Source: Octopus bimaculoides (lineage: Eukaryota). From it: a DNA stretch of 49,873 bases. The notes below the pieces were generated by a model. It made no database searches. It was not told the origin of the DNA and saw only the letters and a list, made by a program, of their open reading frames with translations. Made by a program: the position numbers and the translations under genes. The stretch is from positions 27,400,724 to 27,450,596 of the forward strand of contig NC_068989.1 of NCBI RefSeq assembly GCF_001194135.2, given 5' to 3'. Positions 47,035 to 49,873 of the stretch are shown here, piece after piece. The stretch's first letter is position 1, and the number at the start of each line of letters is the position of its first letter.

Positions 47035-47830
47035 CTTGGCATCAAAAATCTTGTTAACCAGTGTAATTTGTCTAGTATTTTGGAGTATTTTTTCCTGGAT
47101 TTTTATTATTTGCGCCAATAATAAAAATCTTAGTTTCAGAATGTTTCCTCTCTACCAATTCAGAGACGATACATCCTACAGCCAAAGAATAAGTAAAGAA
47201 TCTCTCTTCATCACAAAATACAGACCCCTTCTGAACGCATCTACAACGAATGACATACCTACCACGACCTTAGAATAAAACACACACACACAAATATTAA
47301 AAATGATAAACTCCAAATAAATACGCAAGGAATTATATAAAAAATAAAAAAAATATAAAAAAACAACCCCAATCACTACTCACTCGACTAGTTACAATCA
47401 CTCTTTCATGCATTTTACTATTTCTCTCCTCCCCATCCCTCATCTTTTCCGTCATCTTCTTCTTCCTTTCCACCACCTCCTCCATTACTACTGCTCTCTA
47501 GACTAACACCCACGCAAATATTATAAACAATACAGTCCACTACGGCCATCAACAGGTCAATGTCAGGACACCCAACCAATTAACACTGCTACTATCATAG
47601 CCGTCCTTCTTCGAACCCACAAGAGTTAACAAGTGAAACAAACAGGCGGAAACAAGACATATGCCGCTGTTACTATACAAATATGTCTTTAAAAAGACTT
47701 TTCTTTTAAATTTACCAAAATTTTATTTTTCAATAATTTTTCAAAAATCTATTATTGATATTTACTGTTGAAAAGATCTCAAGGATCGAAACCGGTTCTG
47801 TAATGTTTTTTATAAAAGTATTTTAGCATT
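47035..47830 (+). mobile_element. Penelope-like 3' end (GIY-YIG C-terminus, 3' UTR, terminal ribozyme) with 5' inversion
   Basis: CANNKNLSFRMFPLYQFRDDTSYSQRISKESLFITKYRPLLN; C/A-rich UTR; hammerhead motif at the end. Confidence 0.75.
47762..47803 (+). ncRNA. Minimal type-I hammerhead-like motif, U3-A8 core
   Basis: Stem I ttactg/ctgtaa (1 mismatch); TTGAAAA; stem II gatc-tcaag-gatc; GAAA-CCGG-TT. Confidence 0.65.
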
Positions 47831-47876
47831 TTCTACTTTGTCTTTTTTCCATGTATATCTACTCTTGTGTTCCTCT

Positions 47877-47910
<34 letters not shown>

Positions 47911-48479
47911 TACACAAACTGATATACATNNNNNNNNNNNNNNNNNNNNNNNNNNNNNNNNNNNNNNNNNNNNNNNNNNNNNNNNNNNNNNNNNNNNNNN
48001 NNNNNNNNNNNNNNNNNNNNNNNNNNNNNNNNNNNNNNNNNNNNNNNNNNNNNNNNNNNNNNNNNNNNNNNNNNNNNNNNNNNNNNNNNNNNNNNNNNNN
48101 NNNNNNNNNNNNNNNNNNNNNNNNNNNNNNNNNNNNNNNNNNNNNNNNNNNNNNNNNNNNNNNNNNNNNNNNNNNNNNNNNNNNNNNNNNNNNNNNNNNN
48201 NNNNNNNNNNNNNNNNNNNNNNNNNNNNNNNNNNNNNNNNNNNNNNNNNNNNNNNNNNNNNNNNNNNNNNNNNNNNNNNNNNNNNNNNNNNNNNNNNNNN
48301 NNNNNNNNNNNNNNNNNNNNNNNNNNNNNNNNNNNNNNNNNNNNNNNNNNNNNNNNNNNNNNNNNNNNNNNNNNNNNNNNNNNNNNNNNNNNNNNNNNNN
48401 NNNNNNNNNNNNNNNNNNNNNNNNNNNNNNNNNNNNNNNNNNATATATATAAACACACACACACATACATACATTCGTG

Positions 48480-48915
48480 GGTACTTGTACACATACATGC
48501 ATATATACATACACATGTATATAACCAAAAACACAAGTGCATAGACAAAGGCACACCGACACACATACATGCATTCACACACCAAGAAGATAAACATACA
48601 CTAAATACCTGAGAAAAAAGGGGGAGGAGGTAATCAATAAAATATATTTAAGGTTAATGAAGAGGAATTTGGACAAGTAAAAACTCTTTCATAGAAACGT
48701 TCATTTTCACAATAAGACTCCTGTAGGCAGAACGGACAGGTTCTATTTCTAATCCTATAAGAAGGGGCAGATTACCTCGTCCCCCTTTTTTCTCAGTTAT
48801 TTAATGTGTGTGCATACATGTATATGTGCCAGTCTGACTTTGTCTATGCACTTGTGTTCTGGGTTATATACATGTGTATGTATACATGCATGCATATGTT
48901 TGTATGTGTACAATT
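48480..48915. repeat. ~70-bp inverted repeat (48480-48550 / 48838-48915)
   Basis: ctttgtctatgcacttgtgtt..ggttatatacatgtgtatgtata.atgcatg present in both orientations. Confidence 0.8.
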
Positions 48916-49835
48916 ACACACGTATGTATCTGTGTGTATATATGTGTATATATATGTATATATATGTATGTGTATATATGTGTGTATTTATGTTAATGTA
49001 TATGCTTGTGTTCTTATTTCGTCTGTGTGTGTCTGTACATNNNNNNNNNNATATATATACATACATATATGTGTGTGTATTTGTATAAATTTGCATGCAG
49101 GTTTGTATGTTCTTGTGCACGGTTTTTCTTTCTGTCTCTTCCTTCTTGTATGGGTGTGTGTATATGTGTGTATGTATATATATATGTATATGGAAATATA
49201 TATGTATATTTATATACGTCTTTTGTTGAGAATGCGTTCTCCTTTATTATTTTGTATATGTTTGTATCCGTCTCTTACACATGCACCCTTATGTACGTGT
49301 GCGTGGTATGTGCACGTGTGTATCGTATGTGGTGTATGTGTTGTGTATATATGTATGTGCCTGAATAAATTAATATATATTTTTCTCCTTCATATATTAG
49401 TCTTTGTTTCTTATCTCTCTTTTTGTCAATTGCTTCTCCTAGCCCTGACCAATTTTTTGAGTGGAGAAATTTTGTTGAACACACCGGCTTACCTTGTCTT
49501 TGATTGCTGTCTCTCTCTGAATAAAACTCTTTGGTTTTGCCTCTGCTTTGACTCTCAAACATAGTTTTGTTCATCGGCTTTAAGCTTCTGGTAAATAACA
49601 TATATATATATATATATATTTACTCGCTTTTCATTAACACTATTATGTATACGTATAACCCTCTATGGCTGTCTTATGCTAGTGAAATTATTACATTGTA
49701 CTCTAATAGACACACGCGGACTTCATTACACTATATTTCGCTTAGATCGGTGTTTATTATGATTATTTTTAAAAACACATCCGTTGGATTCTTATGTCAT
49801 AATTTCACTGCACATATACACTTGCATACGCATTG

Positions 49836-49873
<38 letters not shown>

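Overview
Repeat-dense, AT-rich animal genomic DNA from a gapped draft assembly; many N-gaps sit next to microsatellites. The SINE families and repeat landscape look like an octopod cephalopod (inference from recognised repeats, not a search). Nearly all ORFs in the track are microsatellite or gap artefacts, or decayed transposon pieces. Content: mariner and DD37D-type Tc1/mariner relics; a Ty3/Gypsy element (10.5-13.5 kb) with LTRs, PBS and PPT but no RT/RNaseH, plus a related solo LTR; a near full-length R4/Dong-type non-LTR element and relatives, each bounded by (TAA)n arrays; two Chapaev3-like transposase pseudogenes; several Penelope-like (PLE) fragments; many tRNA-derived SINEs; and many inverted repeats. 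Best signal: four sequence-unrelated minimal type-I hammerhead ribozyme folds (7803, 21702, 42924, 47762). All four carry the compensatory U3-A8 core (UUGANAA instead of CUGANGA), covarying stems and a palindromic stem III, and most lie at PLE ends. A weakly supported plus-strand exon pair and a possible 3-nt microexon lie at 27.7-29.2 kb. No host gene was identified with confidence.
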